Positions 31,201-44,710 are shown, counted from the stretch's first letter. The stretch is DNA of 64,000 nt from Antedon mediterranea (GCF_964355755.1 NC_092678.1:18617365-18681364); one strand, 5' to 3'. Notes: generated from the sequence alone by a model not told the origin. Translations and numbers: made by a program.

Positions 31201-34200
31201 GTGTGTCTGGCGCTGGAGGGCCACATCTGTACGATCTATGGATAGGGAATACATCGCTGAATGAACTAAATGACTCTGTTCGTGCTCTTGACGCAAACAT
31301 CAAAGCTCATTTCAAAAGTCCATTAATAGAAAGGTGGTCTGAATTTCAAGTTCGACAGGTAATTGCTATTTATATTCTTGACAGCAATTTGACTGTCTAA
31401 ATAATTATTTAATTACTTCAAAACCTTACATTAGAGAACAATACAACATTCATTAACATCTAAATGTCAGAAAAAGTAAAAGGCTACTTTGACGTAGGTC
31501 ACGCTTTGACGTAGGTCACGCTTCATTTCTTATCAGATCAGAAAGGTCATAGTTTTTCTAAAAAAAAATGGCCTAAGACGGCCTAGGCTAAGTTTGCGGC
31601 TTTCGCTCTCTGCGGGTGAAATCATGTATTGCAGGCGATGATTTTACACTGCGTAGTCTGACTACGATATTTAAAACTACGTTAGATCTGCTCGGAGACA
31701 CTTCGCACTTTGCAGATTCTAATCTTTATAATAGACACTATACAATCTGATTTTGGATACTGTAATATATTATTTGCTTAGATATTCAACTTAAGAATAC
31801 ACACGTTTTCTAATGCTTGGGTTTGGTTAGATGCTGATGTCATAAACTAGGCCTACTTTCTAACAACGTAATTTGGGAAGTCATCAATAGTTAATTGTTC
31901 TATTTATAAAAATAATATGTTAGTTATATAAAAGGTTTATAAATATACAAAAGTGGTTGAACAATTCGTCTCTATTGCTAGGCCCGAGGCTATTTATATA
32001 GTTGTATCCGACTTTATTGATACAGATTAAGTTAGTGAAGCTTGGAAGTGACTTTTTAAGCTGCGTCATTTGTTGTATTTTTACCATGGTGGTAAATTAA
32101 ACGGTATACTTCAATAGCCTATTGATTGTACTGTCATGATCGCGGTATTGTTGTGCTTTACAAGTGCGTCTAATAAAAGCCATGAGTGGCCTTTAACTTG
32201 GTCTGACATTCAGATGTCAATGACTGTTACATTGTTCTCTGAGCGTTTGAGGTGTGCCTTAATTATTTAGACATACACATTATGTGATTGTTAAATTAAT
32301 TCCATTTGATTAGAGGATTGATGTCATAGAACGTACGCTACATGGTGATTATACTGATCATATAAAACACACGGCAACAACTAGTTAAATAGCTCTAATC
32401 TGGCATTGCCTTATATAAAACATAGGTAAGGTTTTATATAAGGCAACATTAGAGCTATTTCACCATCTCTGGAATATCTAAAAAGAAGCCAATGCATGTG
32501 TAAAATACCAGGAATATGGAAAACATTATATACTACTCAATGCATGGAAGTCACGTTTTAACTATGATTTTCGCACATGGAAGTCATTTTATATACGGTA
32601 GTTATTCCCAGGTAAAAGATAAGGACGCATTAATTTCTTAGACATTGTGGTCATCCAGGGCATAATATAACTATTCTAAGGCATGACCTTTGAACTATAA
32701 TTCTCATGGAAGATTGCATCGCTATTCCCATGATAGATCAGGAAGCATGTTTTTATTCCCGAGCTTGGAAGTAGTAGTAACATTATTCCCAGGTATAGGC
32801 CTAGATAATGAGGAATATTACCGAGATCGAGACGAGGTATGTTTACTTATATATACATATATTTCCAAAGGCAAATTTCTAAAAAATAATGATGCTGTGG
32901 GTATCAGTGACTGGATCTCAATGGAGATAGGCCTACAAATGAAAAGTAAAACAGCCAGAAAAGTTAGCAGAGCTTTCGGGAAACACTAGCCTTTCCTCAG
33001 TGCACATTAATTCTAAACCGCCCGGTGAAATTGAATTAATTAATTAATTTGAAACAATAAGATGAGGAAATCTGTGAGAATGAGAAAAAGTCTCCCCAAC
33101 CGAGTTCGAACCCGGAACTTCTGCTTGATATGCAGATGTTCGTACCATTAGCTAAGACAACTGGGACTTTCATGGTATAGTTCAATATATACATACACAC
33201 ATGTACCGTCAAAGTTATTTATATCCAATAAAATTGGATAATCTTGTGTATCGCAGCTTTCTTTTTTTTCCGCTCTTTAGAATTCAATTCTATTTATCTA
33301 AACGAAGATCTAAAATCAAACCAATGATGCGATTACCGAAAATGGGATGTAATATAAAAAAAGTGTTTTGTCAAAGAGCGTTGTTGAAACTGTTGCAAAG
33401 TTGGGCGGCTGCTAAACTAACAATTCTAATCCACATACTTCTTAAGCCCCTTCATTCAATGTTGATTTACCAATTAAAACGATGAGAGAAATTGAAAAAC
33501 AAAATCAATATTTAAACATAATGTTGCAAGTAAGCATTACATCCGTTTTAGATGTTTAATATATATTTCAAGTTTTCAACAAAGAATAATTTCTGACACC
33601 ATGAAGTGGCTCTAACAACATGTCCCTGTGAAATTAGAGTTTCCACGTAACACCAACTTTGTATTCATTAAGATTGTACTTTTTCAACAGCTTAAATTTT
33701 TAGTTGTGATGCTAAACTAAATTTAATAAGGCCATATACATGATTGAAGTCGCGTGCGCAAGTTTGAGACCAACGACCGACATAGTGAGCTGTGGAGTCG
33801 CATTTTCACGACACTGAAACATCTAAATAATTTTAAGATTAATTTGTTGTTCGGTATTTGGGGAGGCTGGTAAGGTATTTTTTTAAATCGCGTCTTTTTT
33901 TTTTTTTTTTTTGCAAAGCGCTGTTTTTATTGAACATATTTCCTGGCGTCAATAATATAATCTTGTGCGCATCATATTTTATAGGCCTATATGTTTTTTA
34001 ATAGGTTAAGATTAGATTCTATAAAAATGGAGAAGAAATGGCGTTCATCGACTTCACTGGAGAATCTACAGATAAAGAGAACTGGTTTGCCAAAGAAAGA
34101 GTAAGAGAAAGTTCGTTCGAAAATATTAAACGAGAGAATACCAATTATTTTTCGATTAAAGGGTATGTTATGATACTTTTTCACTTTTTTCTACCGTTCA

Positions 34201-37200
34201 GTAGGCCTACAAACATTGGTCTACCTTTACCAATACATATACTTGCTTGCTTGCTCGGAATGCATTATGTAGCCAATTCTATACAATCGAGTATAGCAAA
34301 TAGTATCAACATATCCCTGCTGTAGTTTTCATCAGAAGAGAAGTTTTGACTAAAACAAGTGTTTCATTTTATTATTGATAATACAATAGTAGGCTATTAT
34401 TTATCAATATAAGACATTGTATATAGATACTCTTAATTCGGTTAGTAACACCTGGGCTAAATAATAATTCTTCGAATCCAGGATATAAACCCGATTTCGG
34501 GGATTTAGCGGGCTACCTGTACGGTATCCCTAGTACTACCATACTAATGATTGCGTTTTGTTTGTCTGTGTTTGTTTTCCGTATGATGGTATCGAAATAA
34601 ATCAAATAAAATCAAAATTAAAAAAAGGTACAAATGATATAACCTGCCCTTATGTATTAATGTAAATCACAGGGTATTACTAAAGAAAGAGAATGATTCG
34701 AATTTAAAAATTAAACGATAACCCATTATTTGTTATAACATTTTTCGACTTAATGATTAATTTTTGTATAAATATTATTTTATGAAGTAACTTTTACTTC
34801 AAGTTAAAACACACAGGGAGACTGATTATCAAACAAGGATTATCGAGATTTTCCAAACCTATATTGGGTCAAGTAATGACGTCACATTCGTGTACTTACA
34901 AATCTTAAATAATTCTACTTGATGTGACAAAAAATGTGATGGACAGGAAGATGTACTATCACTACTATATTTAAGCCTATCACTACCATATTTAAGCATA
35001 TCACTACCATATTTAAGCATATCACTACCATATTTGAGCATATCACTACCATATTTAAGCATATCACTACCATATTTAAGCATATCACTACCATATTTGA
35101 GCATATCACTACCATATTTAAGCATATCACTACCATATTTAAGCATATCACTACCATATTTGAGCATATCACTACCATATTTAAGCATATCACTACCATA
35201 TTTGAGCATATCACTACCATATTTAAGCATATCACTACCATATTTAAGCATATCACTACCATATTTAAGCATATCACTACCATATTTGAGCATATCACTA
35301 CCATATTTAAGCATATCACTACCATATTTAAGCATATCACTACCATATTTAAGCATATCACTACCATATTTAAGCATATCACTACCATATTTAAGCATAT
35401 CACTACCATATTTAAGCATATCACTACCATATTTAAGCATATCACTACCATATTTGGGCATATCACTATCATATTTAAGCATATCACTACCATATTTAAG
35501 CATATCACTACCATATTTAAGCATATCACTACCATATTTAAGCATATCACTACCATATTTAAGCATATCACTACCATATTTAAGCATATCACTACCATAT
35601 TTGGGCATATCACTACCATATTTAAGAATATCACTACCATATTTGGGCACAGAGCCTTAGGTTTTATCTAAACTAATTATTGCTTCTATTGCAGACATTC
35701 TAACAGTGATGTACGTCGTCAATTCTTTACTAACAAAAATTATGGAGGCTGTGAAAACGACTACGGATGGACTGTTGTTGTATCGCAAGATGGAAATTGT
35801 ATGTGGGAACGTAAACAAACTGAGTACCCCTTGATTATGTATTCACCCGTACCAAACGGTGTACTTTGGCAATCTGGTAAGTAATACCTGCTATTTAAAG
35901 ATATATTGTACCCCTGAAGAAAAAAATATTTTTGTTCAATATGGCATATTAATGTCACACAATAGTTATCCTCTTTTACCAAAAATTTGACCGAAAAAAT
36001 GTATTTACCTGAAAAAAAAGTGCTTTAAAGCAAAAAATATGAAAATTGATTGAATTTAATCATTTATTTTGTCATTTTTTAAGTGAAAATATTTTTTTTT
36101 TTCGTTTTTTTCTATGGAAGTGATTAACTTAAAACTTAAAACTACAAAATAACCTTTCTAAAGTTTGATATAAGTAATCTTCAATTTTCTGGTTTTTGAG
36201 GACAATACATCTTTAAATTGTAAAGGCTAACGATCTGGAAAAAAAATCTGAACGATAACACAATGAGAAAAGGTGACCAAATTGAGATTTGAACACTAAA
36301 TTTTCTGTTTGATAATAATGTAGACATTCTACCATTAGAACACTGAATTTCATCATTATACACAGGCTCACAGAAAAGTAACATAATAAGCTTAATTTAC
36401 TAGTGACGTAACGCAATGACGCAAGCAAGTTCACCAATGGCAAGCGACAGTTCAAATAATTGTTTGTGGTCAGTCAAATCACTAATGCTTGATTCCCACT
36501 GGAAAAGCAACACAACAACACAAGCGATAAATTATTCGAACAGTCGCTTGTCATTAGTCAATTCGCTTGCGTTGCGTATACGTCTTTGTATAGCATCCTA
36601 GTTGACCAAGCTTTATATTGTGCTTACGGCCTTGTGTTGCGTCTCCAGCTCCAGCTCCCATAGTTAAAGGTTGAACAAAATTAAAACATCACACTGCAGG
36701 CTAGGGTTACGGAACTAAAATCATGAATTATGTACAAGTTTATGCACATCAATACAGTAAAGGCAACAAGCAGTGTAGCACAAGTTCAATTCTTGGAATG
36801 TTTGTTTTATTAGAATGTGGAGAGGTCAGGTAGGGATTAAAGTAAACTTCGCAGTTTGAACATTATAACAAAACCCAGACGATCTTACTAGACATTTGAA
36901 GCAGAAATCAAGAACAATACGTTATTTTCTATATTAAGAATTTACAAACCAACATATTTCTTAAACATATCTGAACAACCTATCTTTCTAAATTATCTCT
37001 CGTAACTAATTACACTTCTCTTAAATCACCGCCACTAGATTATCTTTATTTTAATATGTTAATACGGTATAATTAAGTCTCAATTTTCTATAAATCAACA
37101 AGGTAAAATACAAATAAAAGTGTATAGCATGGTACGTAAGAACGTGAGTCTCAACGAGTAAACACCAGGATTGAAATCAACGGATACTTATTATTAGGCA

Positions 37201-40200
37201 TAGGCCTACATTATTAAAATATATTTACTTAAGTTTTTTCTCATTTAAAATGAACATTCTTTAATACACAGATGATCCAGGTATCGCAGATTTTATGGCG
37301 ATTTTCTTAGAATTTACAGGTAAATTTATTTCATTCAATACTTTACGAATATTTATGTATCTCAATAAGTAATTAATAACTTACTTAACATAATTTAATT
37401 CACAATAAGCAATCTTCTAACTTTAAAAAAATATTCCAAACGTTAAAAATGTGTGTTTGTTCAACGTTGTCACTTTTTCTTCTTTTTTCACTGCTTTATA
37501 GACACTTGTCAACACGAGGTTGTATTAATTAATGGCGTGACGTACACGTTCGAAACGTCTCCATCGGAATTTTTGGCTCATTCGCTCGAGTTGTGTAGCT
37601 TTGAAAGTAAGGTTTAAAATACATTAGAGTAGTGCTTAGTCACAATCGTAATAGTTACCGTATGGTTTACAAACATCAAACTATAATTTTTGATTTATAT
37701 AACCAACAAAGCTAATATTATACCTCTACTTGATAGCTCCACTGGCAGTGCGCATGTGCAATATTGACCCCCGTGGAGGAGGTGTCTGGGGAGAAGTAAC
37801 GGTTCAGCCATGTACAACCTATACCATCAGTGATCTGGCAAAGGTAACCATTGTATTTATACATCTTCGACAAAATTGAAATGTGGTCGTTTTATCTTAC
37901 TAAGTTTCATTTAAATATATTTCACACAACATATTATATATAGATTTTGTAATGATAAATATTAAATAATGATACATTTGATTGTTCGTGGAGATTTCAC
38001 TAATTCATAATGGTTTTACGTCTGAACCTCCAGGTAAAAAAACATTAAATATTATGATGACTGAGATCAACAAGAAAAAAAAATACATGCAACAATAATA
38101 AGTTATTATAAGTGCAAGAAAAACAAAACAAACAAAATAAACAAAAAATATGATGCATAACTGAATTAATAATTGTTTAAGTAGAAAAAAATCACACAAT
38201 AGATTGTTCTTGGGTAACATTTTTAACAAAACTATTTATGAAATAAGTAAGCTTTGGTTCATGACGTTCCATTTCACCAATATTGTTCATCAACCTGCTG
38301 AACAAGAGGGATAACTTGTATTTAATTTGATCTTCCCTTATAGGTTGACATAACTGAAGAAAACGCTGAAGAAGTTGCTATGCAACTATCGACCCTTACG
38401 AGTGAAGAGAATATGGACAACGAAGTTAACATTGATGACGTTGCCTTGATTCTAGAAGGATTAACTGGAGTTGGAGCAGGAAATGAAATGGTAAGACAAC
38501 TTTTAACTGTTTTAACTGTATTGGAAGCAGTTAATGAAATAAGCGATTTTTTGACAAAAAAATAATTTTTGAAAAATTACTGACCCAAAATATTGTAAAT
38601 ATTTCAATAAAGTAAAAATCAGACTAGAATATTGAGAAGCCTTCTACGTTTTTAAGTGCCCAAAAGGTTAAAGAAATTCAATCTATAGAGGGCGGTTTGT
38701 ATAAAAGCGGAGACTTTCCGACTCGAGTTTCTTCATTTGTAAGTTGGTGATGTTGATTTAAAACAACTTTATTGTTAATGTTTAAAAATTCACATTTTTT
38801 TTAGATTACTGGTTTGACGGTGAATGTTGTGAGCAACATTCAATATGCTGATGATGATGTATTCACTGCAGACAATAACAGTATGAGTGCGGCTTCCAGT
38901 ATCGTTAAGTCTCTAGAAACTCAGATTGGATCTGTCTCGAACTTTAAAGGCGTTGAAAACAATTTAGCTGTGCAAACTAAACAATATCTCCCTGAGGCAC
39001 TCCAAAATGGAATCGGATTTGCTTCTCTTGAGCCTGAAAATACTGAATCTGGTCTGCAAGAAGAAAATATTGAAACATTTGAAGATGTAGAGGATTTTCT
39101 AATGGATATGATAGAAACATCAATAGCTTTGCCTCCTGAAATTGTTGAGTTAAATCAGGATCAAACCGGATCAAACCAGATACAAGTTAGCTTTATCGTG
39201 TACCAGACATCCAAGTTATTTGCATCGAATCGTCTAATGTCCAATCAAGATAGAGCAATTGGAAGTCGTGTCATTTCGGCTACTGTTGAAAAGGTCACTG
39301 TCGAAGGTTTATATGAGCCAATCAGAGCCGCATATTTACCAGTTTTGGTAAGTTACAACCTTGCATGTTATTTATTTTTAAAAGAAGTGTCCACGTATAG
39401 ACACTGTAAATTATAGCTCAAAATTTAATGGTTTTTTTTAATTTAAAAGAAAAACATATAAATTACATTTTAAAAAGACTCCATGTTGTGTTTATGCTTT
39501 AACTGTTCTAATATCACAGGAAGATGTATCTGGTAATCCTGAATGTGTTTATTGGGACTTTGAGTTAGAAAACGGTCAAGGTGATTGGTCAAACGAAAGC
39601 TGCTACTTCAATAAAACATCAGACGGTCGTATCGTCTGCTTCTGCGATCATTTAACAAACTTTGCTGTTATCATGGTTTGTAATTGTAATAATTAAATTT
39701 GAATATAATAAAAAAAGAAAGAAAACATTACATTAAACTTGTTTGGATTGTAAATGATTGATAATGTTTTTTTTATAGCTAGAATGCTCCTTGTACTATT
39801 ACGTTAAATCTTCAATAGACTTTCAAAATTTGTGTTGTCTAACGATCTTCCCGGACCTTCTTGGACTCAACCCCACCAATTACAGTCAATAATTACAGTT
39901 ATCATGTTGCTTTTCATTGTTTAAGTCAAGATAAAATCAATTTATTTAAGTTGTTGTTCCTGCACTTTTATGCTTGTTGTTGTACTTTTATTTAGCTATA
40001 ATACTATTTATTTTCTTATAAATGGGTGGTATTACGTTCAAATCTATTTTGACTTTTTTATCTTTATGTAAACATTTTAAGCTCTGTCTACACTATCAAA
40101 ACTAGTTTGACAACAAAATTGAGATGTACACAAATATGGTATGACATCATCGTGTCCGTTATGGGTACATCACATTTTTATGTCACAAAACGTTTGATAG

Positions 40201-43200
40201 TGTAGACAGATCTTTACAGCGTTTTCCGTAATTATTCCACTATCTTTGTGCATGTTCTTCAAATACTATATTCTCTGTTTTCTTTGACAGGATTATTCTG
40301 GACAAGCAGGTCCGACCACAACATTCCAAGATGCTCTAACATACATTAGCATCATTGGTTGCGTCATCTCTATAGTTTGTTTGGTGATCACGATTATTAC
40401 GTTTACATACTTTAGGTAAGATCGATTAAATATTCATCATAAAAAGCATTGTCATTAACAACATACCCTAATATATATAACTATAAACATTTCCCATGTT
40501 GTTGTTATGGTGATTTGCCTAAATATGGTAGTGATATGACATCACCATGTCCATATATGGGAACATCACATTTTTTGTCACATACAGTTTGGTATAATTG
40601 TGAACAAAGGATCGTGATCGCATTTATAATCATAATTATTATTTTTATTTATAATTTATAATTATATAATTATAAATAATCAACGGATTGTTCCCTGAAC
40701 TAGATTTTACAGTTATAGTCACTTTTATTGTAAGCAACGAGCTTCATTACAATTAGCATAACACCATCAACACAATGTCTACAACTTGTACTATTAAAAC
40801 CGAATAAACATAATGACGATTAAGTTTATATTTCGTGATTACCACCAAAAGTTATTGATAACTAGATGGTACGCTCGCTTCGCTCGCGTACCATCTAGGT
40901 CGTGCCCACAGATGGTTCTCGAATACATAGTAATTTCAGCGTTTAAAAAACTGGCGACTTCAAATGCACATGCAGGACAATAATACATGTTGTTTACAGG
41001 AACGAATAAATAGACACGGTGATTTATGTACTCAACTAAAATTAGCACCCCGGGAATTACTTCCGAAAAAGAAGTTTGTCACAAAATAAGAAACAAACTG
41101 AATTTGTGTTTTGTATGTAACATTTGGGTTGAGGGATGGGGAAGAGGATGGATGCAAAGACGAACAATTTTTAAATATATTCTTTATCGATTTAGTAACG
41201 AAATATGAATTGTTTTCATGTTTTACAAATAATATACCAGTAAACACAGTAAAACATTGCGATTTAATACTTTGTTGAAACTGTCACCGTCATAGTCGAT
41301 TGAAATAGTACAGTACATGTAACGATACATCACTCTAATACGACGTTTATATTTTTTTGAAGTTACATGATTACAAACGTTCAGAAGGAACTGTCAGTAA
41401 TATATTAAACACCTCTAATCGCGGCAAATCGTAAATTCGCTTTAATCGTCAATAAATAATTATCTAACTCAACTTAATTAGTAGGCCTAATGGTCAAGTG
41501 TTTCATAGAGCCAATTATGCTACCCAACTTGTATTGAAAATTAAGTTGTTTCCTAACCACCAAAGTTGTTCTGCGTTTAGGGCATGTACTGATCATTCGT
41601 ACTGTAGGCCTGTCCTCTACTGACTTTACAACGCTACTCATGCCAGTGAGGGGAGGGTGGTGATGTTGGTGGTGGTTTAGCTGCAATAATAAAGTTGATT
41701 GTACATAATAGACGGCGACTGGAAAGGCTAGCTCATTATGCGTTAAAAAAAAAGGATTCCACAGATTGGAAAAAAATGTATCGAATTTCTGTTATGACTG
41801 TACAGTACTTGTCTTTACGACGCCTGAGGGAATAGACACTTGTGGAACAGAGATTGGAATGTTCCATTTATCGCAGATCAAAACATTTGTATAAACGTAT
41901 ATTAAATCTATCAAAATAGTATTTTTTAAAGAAAATCGGCCTGTCTTCAACATTATGATGCTGTACTCGAGCTGTTCAACCGGTTTTCAGTTATTATAAA
42001 CAATTATCGTAGGAGGAGATAGGGAAATGCGAAGCATCCTTGCATTATTGTCTGCGGGTATTTTTCAAGTTAGACATCCATTAGACAGTGTATACCACGA
42101 CCACGAAACACCCTATTTGGGGCAAATCGTTGAACCTAAATTCGTTTTAATTGTCAATAACTAATTATCTAACTCAATTTAATTAGTAAACATGGTTACA
42201 TCAGATGGTTAAAATCAGTACCGAAAGTACGAACCAACTTTATATACCATCGAGTAAAAATTCTAGAAATAAACTGCGATTTATCGAATTTTGCCCTTAC
42301 GTAAATTTATATATAGATAACTGCATTATATTTACATTTTTTAGGCACCTGCGTGGAAAACGTCCCCAGCGTATACTAGTAAACTTGTGTTTTTCTCTGC
42401 TTTTCCTATACACTACATTTGTGATCGGTATTGAGTTAACTACATGTTACTATTGCTGTATCGTGGTAGCCATTCTCCTACATTACTTTGTTCTCACAAC
42501 ACTTTTCTGGATGCTTGTCGAAGCCGTGAACATGTACTTAAAGTTTGTTTTAGTATTTTACGACGAAGTACGTTTTTTCATGTTGAAGTCAGTTTTAGTT
42601 GGCTGGGGTAAGTTGACACCAAGTCCTATTTTGTTACTGTATATTTGTCGATGGCATTTATATAACATAAAATGTATTACATTAATATAAACAAAAGGGT
42701 ATTTAGTTTGACGTGTTAACAACACAATTTGATTGTGTACTGTCCAATAGACGCCAAACATTATTACGCAGTCAAGCTTGGTTTCCATGACACTGGGAGG
42801 CAACGCAATGGCGTAAGCTTAACGCAAGCGAATTGACCAATGAAAAGCGATAGATTATTCGAACTATCGCTTGTTATTGGTTAAACATGCAGTGGTAGTA
42901 GCAACCCGTCTTAAGGGTATTATTTTTATTTCCAACAGTTCTTCCTATCATACCAGTTACAATCATTGCGGTTTTGGATTATGAAGATACATATTCTAAT
43001 GACGAGTAGTAAGTTTCTCTTTTTGTTTTTATATTTGATTTTTGAAAGCAGGCAAGAGCAACTGAAATTATATTCGCGCGGATGGTTTTTAGAGAGCTGG
43101 ATGTGCATTGGGTTTGTTTATTTAGGATTCGAAAGTTTGCGCCCGAGACTGTACAGTTTGCGCCCGAGACTGTACAGTTTGCGCCCGAGACTGAACAGTT

Positions 43201-43956
43201 TACGCCCGAGACTGTACAGTTTGCGCTCAAAACTGGTATTAATGCTGAAAAGTGGTATTATCACAATCTAGTATGTTTTCGTACAGTAGATTTTCGAATT
43301 CAATTCATTCTCCGTCGAATTGCATACTTGGGCTTGAAAAAGAAAAATGCTCATGCGCACTGATCGCTATTAAAATTAACCAGGCTAATTAACATATTTT
43401 CGTTAAACAAATGTGTTACATACAACGTTACACAGTGATGGTTTTACTGATAATTTTGTTTTTTTCCATTTCCAGTTGTTTTATGAAACCGGGATACCCA
43501 TTATACTTTGGATTATTAGTAATCTCAGCTATTGTTCTTGTCATTAACTTCGCCATATACGTACAAATCATTCGTAGGCTGACCTGTCGACGAAGAGTAA
43601 CAAAAATAAAGACGGACAAAGACAAAATGAACGAACTCGCTGTACGCGTACAAAACGCCATAGCGATAATGATGCTGCTTGGCTTAACGTGGATCTTCGG
43701 ATTCTTCGCCATAGATTCATCCGAGGCGGTTCGTGATTTGTTCCAATTGTTATTCTGTGTGTGCAATTCGTTACAAGGATTTTTTATTTTCTTGTTATTT
43801 TGTGTTCGTCGCAAGGATGTCAGAAATTCTTGGGCCTACAGTTGCTGCAGCATCGGTGAAAAGCCTGGAATATTCATGACTACTACGTCACGACAACGCT
43901 ATGCAACTGAGAAAACGACTGTTTCAGGGAACTCAGTCAACCAAAGTAAAGCGTGA
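25117..43956 (+). CDS. Adhesion GPCR paralog 2 with an additional N-terminal SUEL/galactose-rhamnose-binding lectin domain, 15 coding exons, ~980 aa
   Basis: Manual join 25117-25201,30056-30349,31180-31358,34005-34162,35695-35876,37272-37319,37502-37606,37737-37843,38344-38490,38805-39347,39520-39675,40291-40415,42345-42607,42939-43008,43476-43956 = 2943 nt, open frame. Exon phases match paralogs 1 and 3, and sizes match or differ by a few codons. Confidence 0.92.
30056..30349 (+). CDS. Gene 2 exon 2, SUEL-type (Gal_Lectin/rhamnose-binding) lectin domain
   Basis: CEGSTMHLSC..I.SALYGR..C..C..C..C...FGDPCVGVYKYLEVSYRC: eight Cys plus YGR and DPC-KYL hallmarks; phase 1-1; the acceptor (aataag) is weak. 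Confidence 0.85.
31180..31358 (+). CDS. Gene 2 exon 3, unknown module part 1
   Basis: GWIPVFKGVSGAGGPHLYDLW.. Confidence 0.9.
32968..33004 (-). ncRNA. Minimal hammerhead ribozyme-like motif, same repeat family as 11333
   Basis: Minus strand GCA-CTGAGGA-AAGG..CCC-GAAAG-CTC-TGC; flank 32880-32970 matches 11370-11478. Confidence 0.45.
33094..33168 (-). mobile_element. tRNA-like head (SINE or tRNA pseudogene)
   Basis: Minus strand TAGCTAATGG (box A), TCTGC-atatcaa-GCAGA stem-loop, CCGGGTTCGAACTCGG T-arm; adjacent sequence is repeated at 4685-4722. Confidence 0.55.
34005..34162 (+). CDS. Gene 2 exon 4
   Basis: VKIRFYKNGEEMAFIDF..FSIKG. Confidence 0.9.
34965..35650. repeat. 21-bp minisatellite (CATATCACTACCATATTTAAG), ~32 copies
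   Basis: Near-perfect tandem array; the unit also occurs as 1-2 copies inside a local MITE family. Confidence 0.95.
35695..35876 (+). CDS. Gene 2 exon 5
   Basis: HSNSDVRRQFFTNKNYGGCENDYGWTVVV..CMWERKQTEYPLIMYSP. Confidence 0.88.
37272..37319 (+). CDS. Gene 2 exon 6
   Basis: DPGIADFMAIFLEFT. Confidence 0.85.
37502..37606 (+). CDS. Gene 2 exon 7, HormR-like part 1
   Basis: TCQHEVVLINGVTYTFE..AHSLELC. Confidence 0.85.
37737..37843 (+). CDS. Gene 2 exon 8, HormR-like part 2
   Basis: PLAVRMCNIDPRGGGVWGEVTVQPC..LAK. Confidence 0.85.
38344..38490 (+). CDS. Gene 2 exon 9
   Basis: VDITEENAEEVAMQL..DDVALIL. Confidence 0.88.
38805..39347 (+). CDS. Gene 2 exon 10, GAIN domain
   Basis: Homolog of 18224-18763. 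Confidence 0.92.
39520..39675 (+). CDS. Gene 2 exon 11, GPS/Stachel
   Basis: CVYWD..WSNESC..CFCDHLTNFAVIM. Confidence 0.93.
40080..40213. mobile_element. Short palindromic MITE (TIR AGCTCTGTCTACACTATCAAAC, TTA TSD); relatives at 46676-46800, 48575-48642, 48760-48888, 52741-52842
   Basis: Inverted termini and shared internal AAATATGGTA..ATGACATCA..CATCACATTTTT. Confidence 0.75.
40291..40415 (+). CDS. Gene 2 exon 12, TM1
   Basis: DYSGQ..LTYISIIGCVISIVCLVITIITF. Confidence 0.9.
40860..42305 (-). mobile_element. Second copy of the Helitron-like element (reverse orientation) in gene 2 intron 12
   Basis: The reverse complement matches both ends of 9546-11049, including the terminal hairpin. Confidence 0.7.
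42345..42607 (+). CDS. Gene 2 exon 13, TM2-TM4
   Basis: 263 nt, homolog of 20130-20392. Confidence 0.93.
42939..43008 (+). CDS. Gene 2 exon 14
   Basis: LPIIPVTIIAVLDYEDTYSNDE. Confidence 0.88.
43135..43226. repeat. 21-bp tandem repeat (AGTTTGCGCCCGAGACTGTAC), ~4.5 copies
   Basis: Directly visible. Confidence 0.9.
43476..43956 (+). CDS. Gene 2 exon 15, TM5-TM7 and C-tail
   Basis: CFMKPG..NSLQGFFIFLLFC..NQSKA*. Confidence 0.92.
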
Positions 43957-44385
43957 ATTGGCAGGGCGCCACCATTCAAATGTATTTGAATGCAAAATAG
44001 TTTTTTATTGTTTGGGAATTCTTTAATAGGATTTATATTATACAATCACTTTAGTTCGTGACCAAAAATAGGTAGGGATAGTGTCTTGAAAAACTCGATA
44101 CATAATGTCGTAATTGAAATAGAATCAAGCATTGTGTTAATAATAGCACCATTCATCATTAGTTTAGTTAATGCTTAGTTTGATCATTTTTAATAATTAT
44201 ATATTTGATGAATGTACTATATTTCTAACGGGCTTGTTATTGGTCCCGTAGTGTAGGAAGTTTCGTGTCTGAGGTCATGGTGCTACTGTATTTTGGACCG
44301 AGAGTTAAAGGTGATCATTAACAATAAATAGGATAAGGTACAGCCGCAAGTTAAGAAGCATACCGGTAATATACCTTTAGTGTCA

Positions 44386-44710
44386 AGACTGTTTCCAATG
44401 TGCAAATTTGTTCTCGTGAATTAAAATCTCAGCTTATACACATGCGTATTCATGTTTCCATCTTCCAAATCCCTCTGTGCGACAAATTTTAGTTTCTTGG
44501 CATTTTTGCTTCAGCAAAATTAGTAAGATCGATTTTTTTTGCGCAACCAATCCGAGCTCAGAAAATTAACTATGACTCACACATGCGAATCGAAAAACAA
44601 CACAAACGATAGAATTTAAAATCGCAGATCTTATAGTGGATCGAAAGAGTAGCGCAATTTTTGTTCTAGGATTGGCGCGAACAAATTCGCTAGTGGAAAA
44701 CAGGCTTTAA
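44386..44710. mobile_element. MITE with degenerate TIRs
   Basis: AGACTGTTTCCAATGTGCAAATTTGTTC / GAACAAATTCGCTAGTGGAAAACAGGCT. Confidence 0.5.

Noticed and set aside
33094-33168. Functional tRNA gene
   Set aside because: The acceptor stem is weak, the anticodon loop is atypical and it is embedded in a dispersed repeat, so it is better explained as a SINE head or pseudogene.
34859-35660. Long ORFs with MLKYGSD / MVVICLN / SISLPYL heptad repeats; superficially CRISPR-like periodicity
   Set aside because: These are translations of a stop-free 21-bp minisatellite in an intron. There are no unique spacers and no cas genes, and the context is eukaryotic.
42966-43363. ORFs with SLRPRLY / FAPETVQ repeats
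   Set aside because: A 21-bp intronic tandem repeat; the true exon here is 42939-43008.
25117-43956. Calling gene 2 a latrophilin (ADGRL) ortholog because of the SUEL domain
   Set aside because: The rest of the gene is a close paralog of the lectin-less genes 1 and 3, with ADGRG-like 7TM motifs and a short tail, so no gene symbol was assigned.
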